64,000 nt of DNA from Candidatus Methanomethylicia archaeon (GTDB lineage Archaea > Thermoproteota > Methanomethylicia > CALHIW01). The notes below the pieces were generated by a model. That model did no database searches and was not told where the DNA came from. It saw nothing but the letters and a program-made list of their open reading frames with translations. The position numbers and the translations under genes were made by a program. The stretch lies in NCBI GenBank assembly GCA_038845975.1, contig JAWBQF010000002.1, positions 64,001 through 128,000 of the forward strand. Direction: 5' to 3'. Positions within the stretch are counted from its first letter, which is position 1. Each line of letters starts with the position of its first letter. Positions 30,285 to 39,359 of this stretch are shown piece after piece.

Positions 30285-31037
30285 ATGTGTCCTGTCAACT
30301 TTAGATGTTTACACCATTTTTATTATCTCTCTTGTTAGAATTCTTTATTTTACCTATATCTCTAATTTTTCATTTCCCACATGGTGTCTGATTGTTTATT
30401 GATACATGTGATCTTATTCAGTTGTAGTATACTACGCAACATAAAATTAATCTCCTAGCATATTCTAATGGCTTTCCACATTTACTGCATGTATTGATCA
30501 TTCTTCTATTAAAATCTCTATAATGTTTCATTAGTTCTCTTAAGAATTTTGCATTTATCAACTTAATAATCTCTTAATCCATTAGCCTTAGCTGCATAGC
30601 ATTTTAAATAATCATTAATAACTATTTTAACACCGTATTTTTCCTTAAAATCCTTAGAAACTTACGGGCATTAAAATCGATATGTGAAAATGATGGGTGA
30701 ATATATACTATTCTTCTACACTCTCAAATGCAAACCATATTCATACAATGAATGTACCTATCTTAATAGTGTATTCATTAACATATATCTTCCTAACATG
30801 ACTAAATAGAATAATTGATATTAAATTATAATCTACGAATTCACCTACATACTCATAACTATGATCAATAGCTAAAAGTCTATTTGCCCTCTTAAACAAC
30901 AACCATAGAAATAGATTAATGGCATAAAGTACAAATATAAATGGTATTCCTACCTACTAAAGAATCCATAACTACAAACCGTATCAGCATATGATAAGAA
31001 CACTCCTACTTAAAACCTTGAAGTTGGCAGGACACAT
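30285..31037 (-). mobile_element. Decayed IS6-family element
   Basis: 17-bp terminal inverted repeats ATGTGTCCTG(T/C)CAACTT with one mismatch. Minus-strand fragments TIKIG..IWFAFE and ..KKYG resemble IS6 transposase. Confidence 0.7.
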
Positions 31038-31096
31038 CTTATTAAGCATAAAGTATAAATATCTCCTCAAAACTTAGAGGTGAGGTGTGATATGAG

Positions 31097-31984
31097 TTGA
31101 TTACTCCGATGGATATTGTGTTGACCTTAATTAGAGGATCTTTGTATGTACTTGTTTCAGCAAGTTTGGCTTTGCTTTTCGGGATAATATCTGTAGCAAG
31201 CTTTATGCATGGAGACTTTGCAATGCTTGGAGGATATGTATCATTCTTTCTGCTAGTTAGCTTGGGATTGGATCCTATTTTGGCTCTAGTAATAACAGGG
31301 GTTTTAATGTTTTTTTTAGGATGTACTATTGAGAAAGCTTTATTATTACCACTACGTAAAACTAGTGGGAAGTTATGGATGTTTAATACATTTGTGTTAA
31401 CACTTGGAATTTCCCAAGTATTTCAGAATGGAGCTCTTGCTGTTTTCGGACCTATATTTTATGGTGTTAGAAGTCTCTGGGCTGGAGAGGTAAGCATTTT
31501 TGGAGTATCTATATCTATAGATCGCTTAATTATACTGGTTTTAAGCATTACGATAATAGCTGGTTTATGGGCTTTTCTAAAGTATACGAGGATAGGTAGA
31601 GCTATTTTAGCTACTGGAATGAATGAGGAGGCAGCATCCATTTATGGAGTTAATGTTAATAACATATATACATTAACATTTGGTATATCAGCATTACTCT
31701 CCGGTATTGCAGGAGTATTCTATATGGCTTTATTTACAACATATCCATTAATGGGGGTAAGCTACAATTTAAAGGCATGGATTGTTGTATTGATAGCTGG
31801 TTTAGGAAATATAAAGGGAGCAATATACTGTAGCTTCCTATTAGCATTTATTGAGATAGTAGCTACGAAAACCCTAGCAGCTGGATGGCAGAATGTTTTA
31901 CCAGTTATATTTGTTATACTTGTATTGCTGTTTAAGCCGACAGGTATTTTTGGAACAGAGGTTAAGGGAATATGGGAAAGATAG
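31097..31984 (+). CDS. livH: Branched-chain amino acid ABC permease (LivH-like)
   Basis: LLFGI...FMHG.F.MLG, TRIGRAI.A....AA..GVN and GLGNIKG. Confidence 0.85.
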   Translation: MITPMDIVLTLIRGSLYVLVSASLALLFGIISVASFMHGDFAMLGGYVSFFLLVSLGLDPILALVITGVLMFFLGCTIEKALLLPLRKTSGKLWMFNTFVLTLGISQVFQNGALAVFGPIFYGVRSLWAGEVSIFGVSISIDRLIILVLSITIIAGLWAFLKYTRIGRAILATGMNEEAASIYGVNVNNIYTLTFGISALLSGIAGVFYMALFTTYPLMGVSYNLKAWIVVLIAGLGNIKGAIYCSFLLAFIEIVATKTLAAGWQNVLPVIFVILVLLFKPTGIFGTEVKGIWER

Positions 31985-32937
31985 CGATCTCTAAAGGGAG
32001 AATATTCCTATATGTATTGACTGCTTTAGCATTTATCTTACCATTAATCTTTAGAAATGAATACGTATATAGTGTACTTATATCTATTATTCTTTGGGCT
32101 GCTATCTCATCATCATTTGATCTAACAGCAGGATTTATTAAGGTTACAAATTTTGGATATGCAGGTTTCTTCGCAGCTGGAGCGTATACTTCAGGTTTAC
32201 TTGCTCTATATTACGGGGTTTCACCATGGATAGGCTTAATACCTGGAACACTAGTAGCTTCATCCCTGGCTGCTGCTGTAGGTTTTCTAACATTGAGGCT
32301 ACACGGCATATTTGCTGCTGCCTTCAGCTGGTTTATAGCTGAAGCGTTGAAATATACATTAGCAGCACTTACTGATATAACACGTGGATATCATGGATTA
32401 GCATGTCCACCATTCTTTCCAGGTATAACTAGATTACCATACTACTACATGATACTACTTACATATATAGTTGAACTTCTAATAATAATGAGGATTGTTA
32501 ATGGAAAGATGGGGTTTGCCTTTAAAGTTATAGGAGAGGATGAAACAGCGGCTAGAACTATAGGAGTGAATGTAACTTTCTATAGGGTTTTATGCTTTGT
32601 AATATCATGTGCATTTGCAGGCTTCTTAGGGGTTTTCTATGCTCACTACTATAATGTAATAACACCTGATGTCAGCAGTTTATCTGTAACTGTTCCTGCA
32701 TTAGCTATATGCTATGTTGGTGGTAGAGGATCAATATGGGGTTCCCTTCCATCAGCTGCTATAATACTAATGATATTTGAACTTCTCCGACCATATGAAG
32801 CCATAGGAATCATATCATTCGCACATAAATACATAGTTTACGGTATTTTATTGATAATTGTAATGATATGGGTACAGGGAGGATTAGCTGGAGCTGTGAA
32901 GAAACTTATGGAGAAATATGTGAGAACCACAAGTTAA
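31972..32937 (+). CDS. livM: Branched-chain amino acid ABC permease (LivM-like)
   Basis: NFGYAGFFAAGAY, LRLHG, GEDETAA..GVN and GGRGS.WG. Confidence 0.85.
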   Translation: MGKIAISKGRIFLYVLTALAFILPLIFRNEYVYSVLISIILWAAISSSFDLTAGFIKVTNFGYAGFFAAGAYTSGLLALYYGVSPWIGLIPGTLVASSLAAAVGFLTLRLHGIFAAAFSWFIAEALKYTLAALTDITRGYHGLACPPFFPGITRLPYYYMILLTYIVELLIIMRIVNGKMGFAFKVIGEDETAARTIGVNVTFYRVLCFVISCAFAGFLGVFYAHYYNVITPDVSSLSVTVPALAICYVGGRGSIWGSLPSAAIILMIFELLRPYEAIGIISFAHKYIVYGILLIIVMIWVQGGLAGAVKKLMEKYVRTTS

Positions 32938-33082
32938 AACATAATTTCTCTATTTATAGTTGTATGCTAACTTTAACCATAGTAACTCTCATCCAGTGTC
33001 ATGATGTGTTCTTATCTTTTACTAATACATTCTCATTTTATAGATTTCATCTCTTTATTTTTCATTAATGGATTTTAAGAAA

Positions 33083-33172
33083 GAACCCATCTGGAAACTC
33101 TTTAAATGTTTTTAAGACCTGATTAGGTTAATAAGTTAACTACCAATAATTATGAAGTTTTCAGACAAGCTC
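33083..33172. mobile_element. ~90-bp MITE, copy 1
   Basis: Imperfect TIRs GAACCCATCTGGAAACTC and GAAGTTTTCAGACAAGCTC. The body is shared with 38935-39020. Confidence 0.7.
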
Positions 33173-33478
33173 AAAGATAAAAGCTCCCCTATACCTCCAC
33201 CGTATACTGCCATAAATCTTTCAGATTTACCTCATCATTATTAGTTACAAAAATGTATAGTCCATCTATTCTGAAAATGCTGATTCTTCTACTTATGCTT
33301 ATTACTTTTTGAACTCTATCTATTCCTTCTAAGTTATTCTTACCTAACTTTACAGATCTATGGACTTTAAATATAGAGGTATACGTAGCTGATAGCTTAA
33401 TCCATAAGGTAAATCTATAGTTTCCTACTATTCCATTATGATGCTAACCAGTTATCGAAATATGGGAATATAATATTA

Positions 33479-34657
33479 TTAATTCAGGTTGTATTTTATT
33501 AGCCATTTCCATAATGAAATGAACCTTACTTCTTTGTTTTCAATTTTAATATTGTCTTCATAATCCCATGTTATGATAAGTAGTTTTTGACCTTTAGTAT
33601 TTCACCTGCCTTAATTAGAGAGTTAACTTCTCTCTTCTCGACTTCATCTCTTCATGATGCATATGTTACTTGTATTAGTTGTTTTGTTTCTTGACCATCT
33701 CTTATTAGGAAGTCAACTTCTTTATTGTTAGTTTTGAAGTAGTAGATTTTCCAGCTTTTAAACCAGTAGCTTTTCCTTCTCAAGAGTTCTATAGCTACTA
33801 AATTTTCTATTAGTCTACCAATATTTTCTGATATCTTGAATCCTATTGTATTTATGATTTCAGTATCTATGCAGTAGACTTTTACGGTACAAGTACTCCC
33901 TATGTTTAGAATATTCTTAATTTTATTAAAGGATATTTCCTTCGAGCAATTTGAGATAAGATATTTTGACAGTTCTTTTAGTTTGTTTTTGAATTTTATA
34001 TTATATCTTTGGATTACATCTATTTCTATTATGTCTCTATAGTTTTCTGCTATAAAGCTTCTTCCAAGCTTATAGACTAAGGGGATCCGCCCATGTTTAA
34101 GTATTCAATGAGCATATTCTTTGTTTTTACAATGTCCCTTGTTAGATAAATGTTTGGTTTAAAGTTGTTGAATACTAAGTATTCACGGAAGCTAAAGGGA
34201 AACAATTCAAAGTTAATATGTCTCCCTGTTAGAAATGTTGCAAACTCTTTACTTATTAACCTTGCATTACTTCCTGTAATAATTATTTTCTTGGTTGGTA
34301 ATATTCTGGAAATGAATCTCTCCCCATCCTTCTACATATTGAATTTCAATCAAAAACTATGAACTCCACATTTCCCTTTAGCGAGATTATAGCTTCTAAT
34401 ATGGAGTTTAGTTCTTGCTGTTTCATCTGTAGTCTCCCATCTTCGAAGTTTACATATGCAGCATTTTCCTGCTGTGTTAAAAGGAATGCAAGTATTGACT
34501 CACCACATCTTTTTACTCCCATAATTATACTAGATACATCAGCACTAAGCGTTTCTATCTTAAGCTCTCTTTCTATAATATGTTCTGTTTTAACTTTACT
34601 TCTTAACTCCTCTTTCTTATCTACTATTGCTGACTTTATTACTTCTATACTTACCAT
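33479..34657 (-). pseudogene. AAA_14 / DUF4143 ATP-binding protein pseudogene
   Basis: Degenerate Walker A GVKRCGES and a stop after FIVFD. Further fragments: ITGSNARL..EFATFLTGRH, KVYCID, GRLIENLV, KEVDF, LIQVTY and SLWKWL. Confidence 0.85.
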
Positions 34658-34946
34658 GCTTAAAGCGGTGCAAACTTTAACATGAATCTATCCTGCTGTA
34701 AAGAGCTAAGATATAATGAAGAGTTCTTTGTAAGTCTTCATTAATCTATTACCGAATATAACCATAAGGAATTCCTAAACAATTTGATTATTATTTAATG
34801 CTTTGATATCTACTTGCCTTTCTATAGAGTTTAAGGCTTTCTTTACGATGCTTCCTCTAAATATCTATTCTTAACTAATACATGTTACAATAGATAACGT
34901 ATAGCTTAATGATTCTCAGCAGCTTTATGTAGGATTATTAGGAGTT

Positions 34947-35795
34947 CTAGGATTTGTAGAATTCAGTATGGTTTATGTTAATCTTATGTTTTAATGTTTT
35001 ATTCATGCTTCCAGGATTATAACCGCTTAAATCTAGAGTTACATATATAAATCCTATTGATTTAAGGGATTCATTGATTCTATTCATTACATCAATATTG
35101 AAGAATTTAGACCTCTCCTCAGGATTTACTTCAATTCTAGCTATACCGTCATGATCTCTAACTCGGATTTGTTTAACATCCACTATATCCTTCACCATTC
35201 TTTCAGCTTCATCAATTCTCCTAAGTCTTTCCTCTGTGATTTCTGATTCGTACGGTATTCTAGATGCTAAGCATGCCATTGATGGCTTATCCCAGTTTGG
35301 TAGTCCTACATTTTTAGCTATATTCCTAATATCCATTTTAGTAAATCCAAGTTCTACATATGGCGTTTTAACTCCTTCCTCGATTTCTGCTATATGGCCT
35401 GGTCGATATTCTCTTAACTCATCAGCATTAGTACCGGTAACTATGGTTTCTATGTTGAGTTTAGAGGCTAAATCCTTAAGTTTACGGATTAGAGACTTCT
35501 TACAGTAGTAGCATCTATTTGGAGGGTTTCTAGTGAAGTTGAAGTCTTTAAGCTCATCAGTTTCAATAACTATATGTCTAATATTGATTATTGAGGCTAT
35601 CTTAGTAGCTTCGTTAAGCTCTCTTGATGGGAGAATAGGGGATTTTGCAGTAACAGCAATAGCATTACTGCTAAGAGCTTCTTTAGCAGCTAGAGTGAGA
35701 AGTGAGCTATCAACTCCTCCGGAGAACGCGATGATAACGGATTTAAACTGTTTAAACCATGAAGTTAACATCACCCATTTCTCAGAAGCACTCAT
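34947..35795 (-). CDS. larE: LarE-family ATP-dependent sulfur transferase (PP-loop)
   Basis: SGGVDS, RCYYCK, GTNAD, RPG, ACLASRIPY and RVRDH. Confidence 0.85.
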   Translation of the reverse strand: MSASEKWVMLTSWFKQFKSVIIAFSGGVDSSLLTLAAKEALSSNAIAVTAKSPILPSRELNEATKIASIINIRHIVIETDELKDFNFTRNPPNRCYYCKKSLIRKLKDLASKLNIETIVTGTNADELREYRPGHIAEIEEGVKTPYVELGFTKMDIRNIAKNVGLPNWDKPSMACLASRIPYESEITEERLRRIDEAERMVKDIVDVKQIRVRDHDGIARIEVNPEERSKFFNIDVMNRINESLKSIGFIYVTLDLSGYNPGSMNKTLKHKININHTEFYKS

Positions 35796-35882
35796 AAACT
35801 AGTTAGGATTAAGACTTATTTAAACATTTATAAGATAGTATTATACATGCTTAGTAAGATATGTTGAATTTACTGCTGTCTT

Positions 35883-37169
35883 ATGATGGAGACATATTCA
35901 GGTATTGATAGGGAGATTGGATTAGAATACTATACAACTAATACTGTAGGGCTTAATGGAGTTTTAAGAAGGGAGTTCAGTGATTTTATCGTAGAAGAAA
36001 TTATTAATGAAAAATATATTACATCAAATTTAGAGGCACCATACATTCTATGTAGGCTAAGTAAGATTGGAATGGATACGTTTGAGGCTTTACGTAGAAT
36101 TTCTAGAGCTATAGGTATTCCAATAAGTTCTATAGGTTATGCTGGCTTAAAGGATTCAAGAGCAGCTACAACACAATACATAACGGTAAAGTATACAGAT
36201 AGAAACCTTAAGATGTTAAGTATGGTTACTGATGATAGATTGAAAGTAGAGGTTATTGATAGATGTTATGAAAGCCTTAAGCCTAGAATGATTCTTGGAA
36301 ATAGATTTAGAATAACTATAAGAGAAATAGATTTAAAGCCAAGTATAGTTAGGGAATATGTTGAGACTACTATTAGCCAGATAGAGAGTATTGGTGGGGT
36401 GTTAGCCTACTTCGGCTATCAAAGGTTTGGATCTAGTAGACCTAATACACATAAAATAGGCTACTACATAGTTAAAGGGAGATGGAAAGAAGCTGTCTAT
36501 GAGCTTCTTGTAAATACGTATCCTTACGAAAATGAGGAGATTAAGAGTATTAGGGGGAAAATAGCTAAATACCTAGAAGGTTATGGTAAACCTCCAGAAA
36601 TCCCATCTAAACTATATTATGAAGCCATAGTTTTAAGAAATCTTAGGAAAACATTAAACTACAGGAAAGCTATACTTAAATTACCAAGATATGTATTAAG
36701 ACTATTCATCAATTCTTATCAAGCATATCTATTCAATAAAATACTCTCACAGAGAATTAGGAATGGTATTTTACCAAACATAGCTATTCAAGGTGATAAA
36801 ATACTATCCCTAAAAACAGGTAGAATAACTAGAGTAGATAGTGAAATAATGATTGGGAAGGACTATGTAACTCTAATAGATATTCCAGGTTATAATACAG
36901 TACTTAATGATACAGATTCCTCAATAATTATACTGCAAATACTTAAAAGCGAAAATATAAATATATTGGATTTTAAGCAGTCTATAGAAGCTAAGGGATC
37001 ATTAAGACCGGCTATAATGAAAATTAGGGATCTAAAATATAAGGTAGAATCTGAAAACAACAGCTCAACTATTCATTTAAGCTTTACCCTTGATAGGGGG
37101 ATGTATGCTACAGTTCTATTAAGAGAGATTGTAAAGCCTGAGAATCCAGTAACATGTAATCTAGCATAG
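35883..37169 (+). CDS. truD: tRNA pseudouridine(13) synthase
   Basis: DFIVEE, YAGLKD, GNRFRI, YFGYQRFG, YQAYLFN and G.YATVLLRE. Confidence 0.95.
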   Translation: MMETYSGIDREIGLEYYTTNTVGLNGVLRREFSDFIVEEIINEKYITSNLEAPYILCRLSKIGMDTFEALRRISRAIGIPISSIGYAGLKDSRAATTQYITVKYTDRNLKMLSMVTDDRLKVEVIDRCYESLKPRMILGNRFRITIREIDLKPSIVREYVETTISQIESIGGVLAYFGYQRFGSSRPNTHKIGYYIVKGRWKEAVYELLVNTYPYENEEIKSIRGKIAKYLEGYGKPPEIPSKLYYEAIVLRNLRKTLNYRKAILKLPRYVLRLFINSYQAYLFNKILSQRIRNGILPNIAIQGDKILSLKTGRITRVDSEIMIGKDYVTLIDIPGYNTVLNDTDSSIIILQILKSENINILDFKQSIEAKGSLRPAIMKIRDLKYKVESENNSSTIHLSFTLDRGMYATVLLREIVKPENPVTCNLA

Positions 37170-37895
37170 CAATAAAAGTACATGTAGCTTTAATTTACGT
37201 TGTAGACTTCTATCTAGGTTTCATTGCTTTCAGCAGTTTACATTTACAATGTTAAAGTATACTAATGTTCATATCTCTAAGCTCAAAGTGTAGAAACTCT
37301 CTGTAAAGCCGCATTTATAGTACTTATTTATCCTTAGCTTTTCCACTCTTTCGACATGGATGCGGCAATTCTAGAAAGATTTCTCATGAAGTCATAATAT
37401 TAGAGGTATAGGCTTAATCATAGGTCTTCTATAAAACCAGCTCAGTATAAATTCAGGAATATATTAACCACAATACTTCATGATCAAATTCGCTGGTTTT
37501 AAAATGTTCAAGCCTTGTTGATTCATGATTTACATAGAGCTTCATGAGCTTAGTAATGGTAAATGGAGGTTTATTAGGTCTTCATCCCCTAGACCTATTA
37601 GGAGTAAGGAGATAAAGTTAACAATAAGTTTTGATTAACAGTATCCTGCACATGGTTACTATTAGCTGTAAGTAGAGTAATGATGGATAGAGGCGAAGAT
37701 GTTAATCAATTTAATGTTCAAAATAGTAACATTCACATACATAATAATAAACATAAAATATGAGTAGTGAAAGACTTAAATATTTTGAAACACTCCATTA
37801 TAGCCTAATACTTCATCCTTAACTTCAATTACACTAATATTTAGTTACAAGCTACTGTAACTTGTAGAATGAGAAATCAAATATGATTTAACAAG

Positions 37896-38330
37896 TTAGC
37901 TTATATGCTTCCTTATTATCCATCCATTCTTTTTTTGAGTTAATTGCTTATTAGCAATCAACTCGTTAAAGATTCTTCTTAAATCACTCCAAAAACCTCT
38001 ATCATAAATTACTAAACCATCTTTTAATGAATCTAGAATTAATGGGTTGAAGTCTTTAAACATAAGCTCAACTTCCTCCTTACTATATATGAATGCTTCA
38101 ACCCAACCATTTGAAAACTTGGAATATTTATAAAGCCTATCTTTAAAACTTAGTTCTTCATGCGAAACAACAATTAGAAGATCGTAATCACTATGCTTAG
38201 TATAAGTGCCTTTAGCCATAGAGCCGAAAAGTACTATAGAGAGAATTCTACCACCCTCCTTCTTCAGTATTGAGTTTACAAATTTTTTAAGAGATGTAAA
38301 TCTAGGTAATTCCTGTAATTGATTTAGCAA
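37896..38330 (-). CDS. Minimal nucleotidyltransferase (MNT), partner of HEPN
   Basis: LFGSMAKG....SDYDLLIV motif. Confidence 0.9.
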   Translation of the reverse strand: MLNQLQELPRFTSLKKFVNSILKKEGGRILSIVLFGSMAKGTYTKHSDYDLLIVVSHEELSFKDRLYKYSKFSNGWVEAFIYSKEEVELMFKDFNPLILDSLKDGLVIYDRGFWSDLRRIFNELIANKQLTQKKNGWIIRKHIS

Positions 38331-38333
38331 GAT

Positions 38334-38693
38334 TTAACACTCCTCAGCATATTGGAGAGCTTCTCTTGCATCATCTTCATTAAACATGTGTACTGGTGCT
38401 CCGCTTGGAAAAGCATTAGGATATCTTGTTGGAATATAGTATCGGTTAAGTATTCTACATGCATTCTCTATATTTTTAGATATACTTACGAACTTTGAGA
38501 CTTCAGCTAATAAAACCAATAGATTACGACCTATTGTTGGACTACCGAAGTGTTCTAAAATAGCTTTTAATGCTTTCTCAGCTGCTTGATGACATGTAAA
38601 GCAACACCATGCATAATTAGCCGTTACAAAAAGGTCACGTGCAGCTTTAAACTCACCCTTAGCCTGCTCCATCCAATCAACAGTTCGATGCAA
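38334..38693 (-). CDS. HEPN-domain protein (C-terminus possibly frameshifted)
   Basis: WCCFTCHQAAEKALKA and YIPTRYP motifs. Confidence 0.88.
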   Translation of the reverse strand: MHRTVDWMEQAKGEFKAARDLFVTANYAWCCFTCHQAAEKALKAILEHFGSPTIGRNLLVLLAEVSKFVSISKNIENACRILNRYYIPTRYPNAFPSGAPVHMFNEDDAREALQYAEEC

Positions 38694-38934
38694 AACACCA
38701 CCAATACTAATAAGAAAAACCTAAATATTTACTTTACCAACTTCCTAATGACTCTGTAAACTTTAGATATGAGAAGTATATGTAGTTAATGGTTTAATTT
38801 CATAGGATGTTCCTAACTATTTCTGAATGTTATTGAGTTATCTTATAATAGACTTTGAAAGTTACTCATGAAATATTCCATCAAGATTTCTTAAAGTTCC
38901 TTAAGAATAGTAGTTTCCGAAACTAATCTACATA

Positions 38935-39020
38935 GAACTCATCTGAAAACTCTTAAATGTTGTTAAGACTTAATTAGGTTATAAGTTAACCATCAATTAA
39001 TCATGGATTTCAGACTCATT
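38935..39020. mobile_element. ~90-bp MITE, copy 2 (right end eroded)
   Basis: GAACTCATCTGAAAACTCTTAAATGTTGTTAAGACTTAATTAGGTTATAAGTTAAC aligns with 33083-33140. Confidence 0.65.
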
Positions 39021-39359
39021 GTTTACTTAACTAATTGTTCATATTCACTTTAGGTTTAATGTTTATATTTCATGTTGATTTATAATAGGTGCATCATTTA
39101 GGATTAGAAGTTCCCTCTAGGTTAAGAGGCATTTACTAAACCTATTATAGGGCTTTGTAGAGCTTTTATTGAGGCTTATAATTGCTTTAAGAAAACATGA
39201 TATGAAAAGTTTTATTCATCAAACTGAAATGATGAGAAAACCATAACTCTACTTATAAGCTGAAATATTAAGCTACTGACTAGGTAATAATATATGTAAA
39301 CATAACAATCGGCTAAGTACTCCCAATTAAGCTTCAAAGTTAGTGGAATAATGTAGTTT

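Noticed and set aside
33189-33512. Minus-strand frame MEMANKIQ...*HHNG... as a possible readthrough gene
   Set aside because: Its start is an alternative frame of the AAA/DUF4143 pseudogene tail. No family is recognisable and nothing supports pyrrolysine use.
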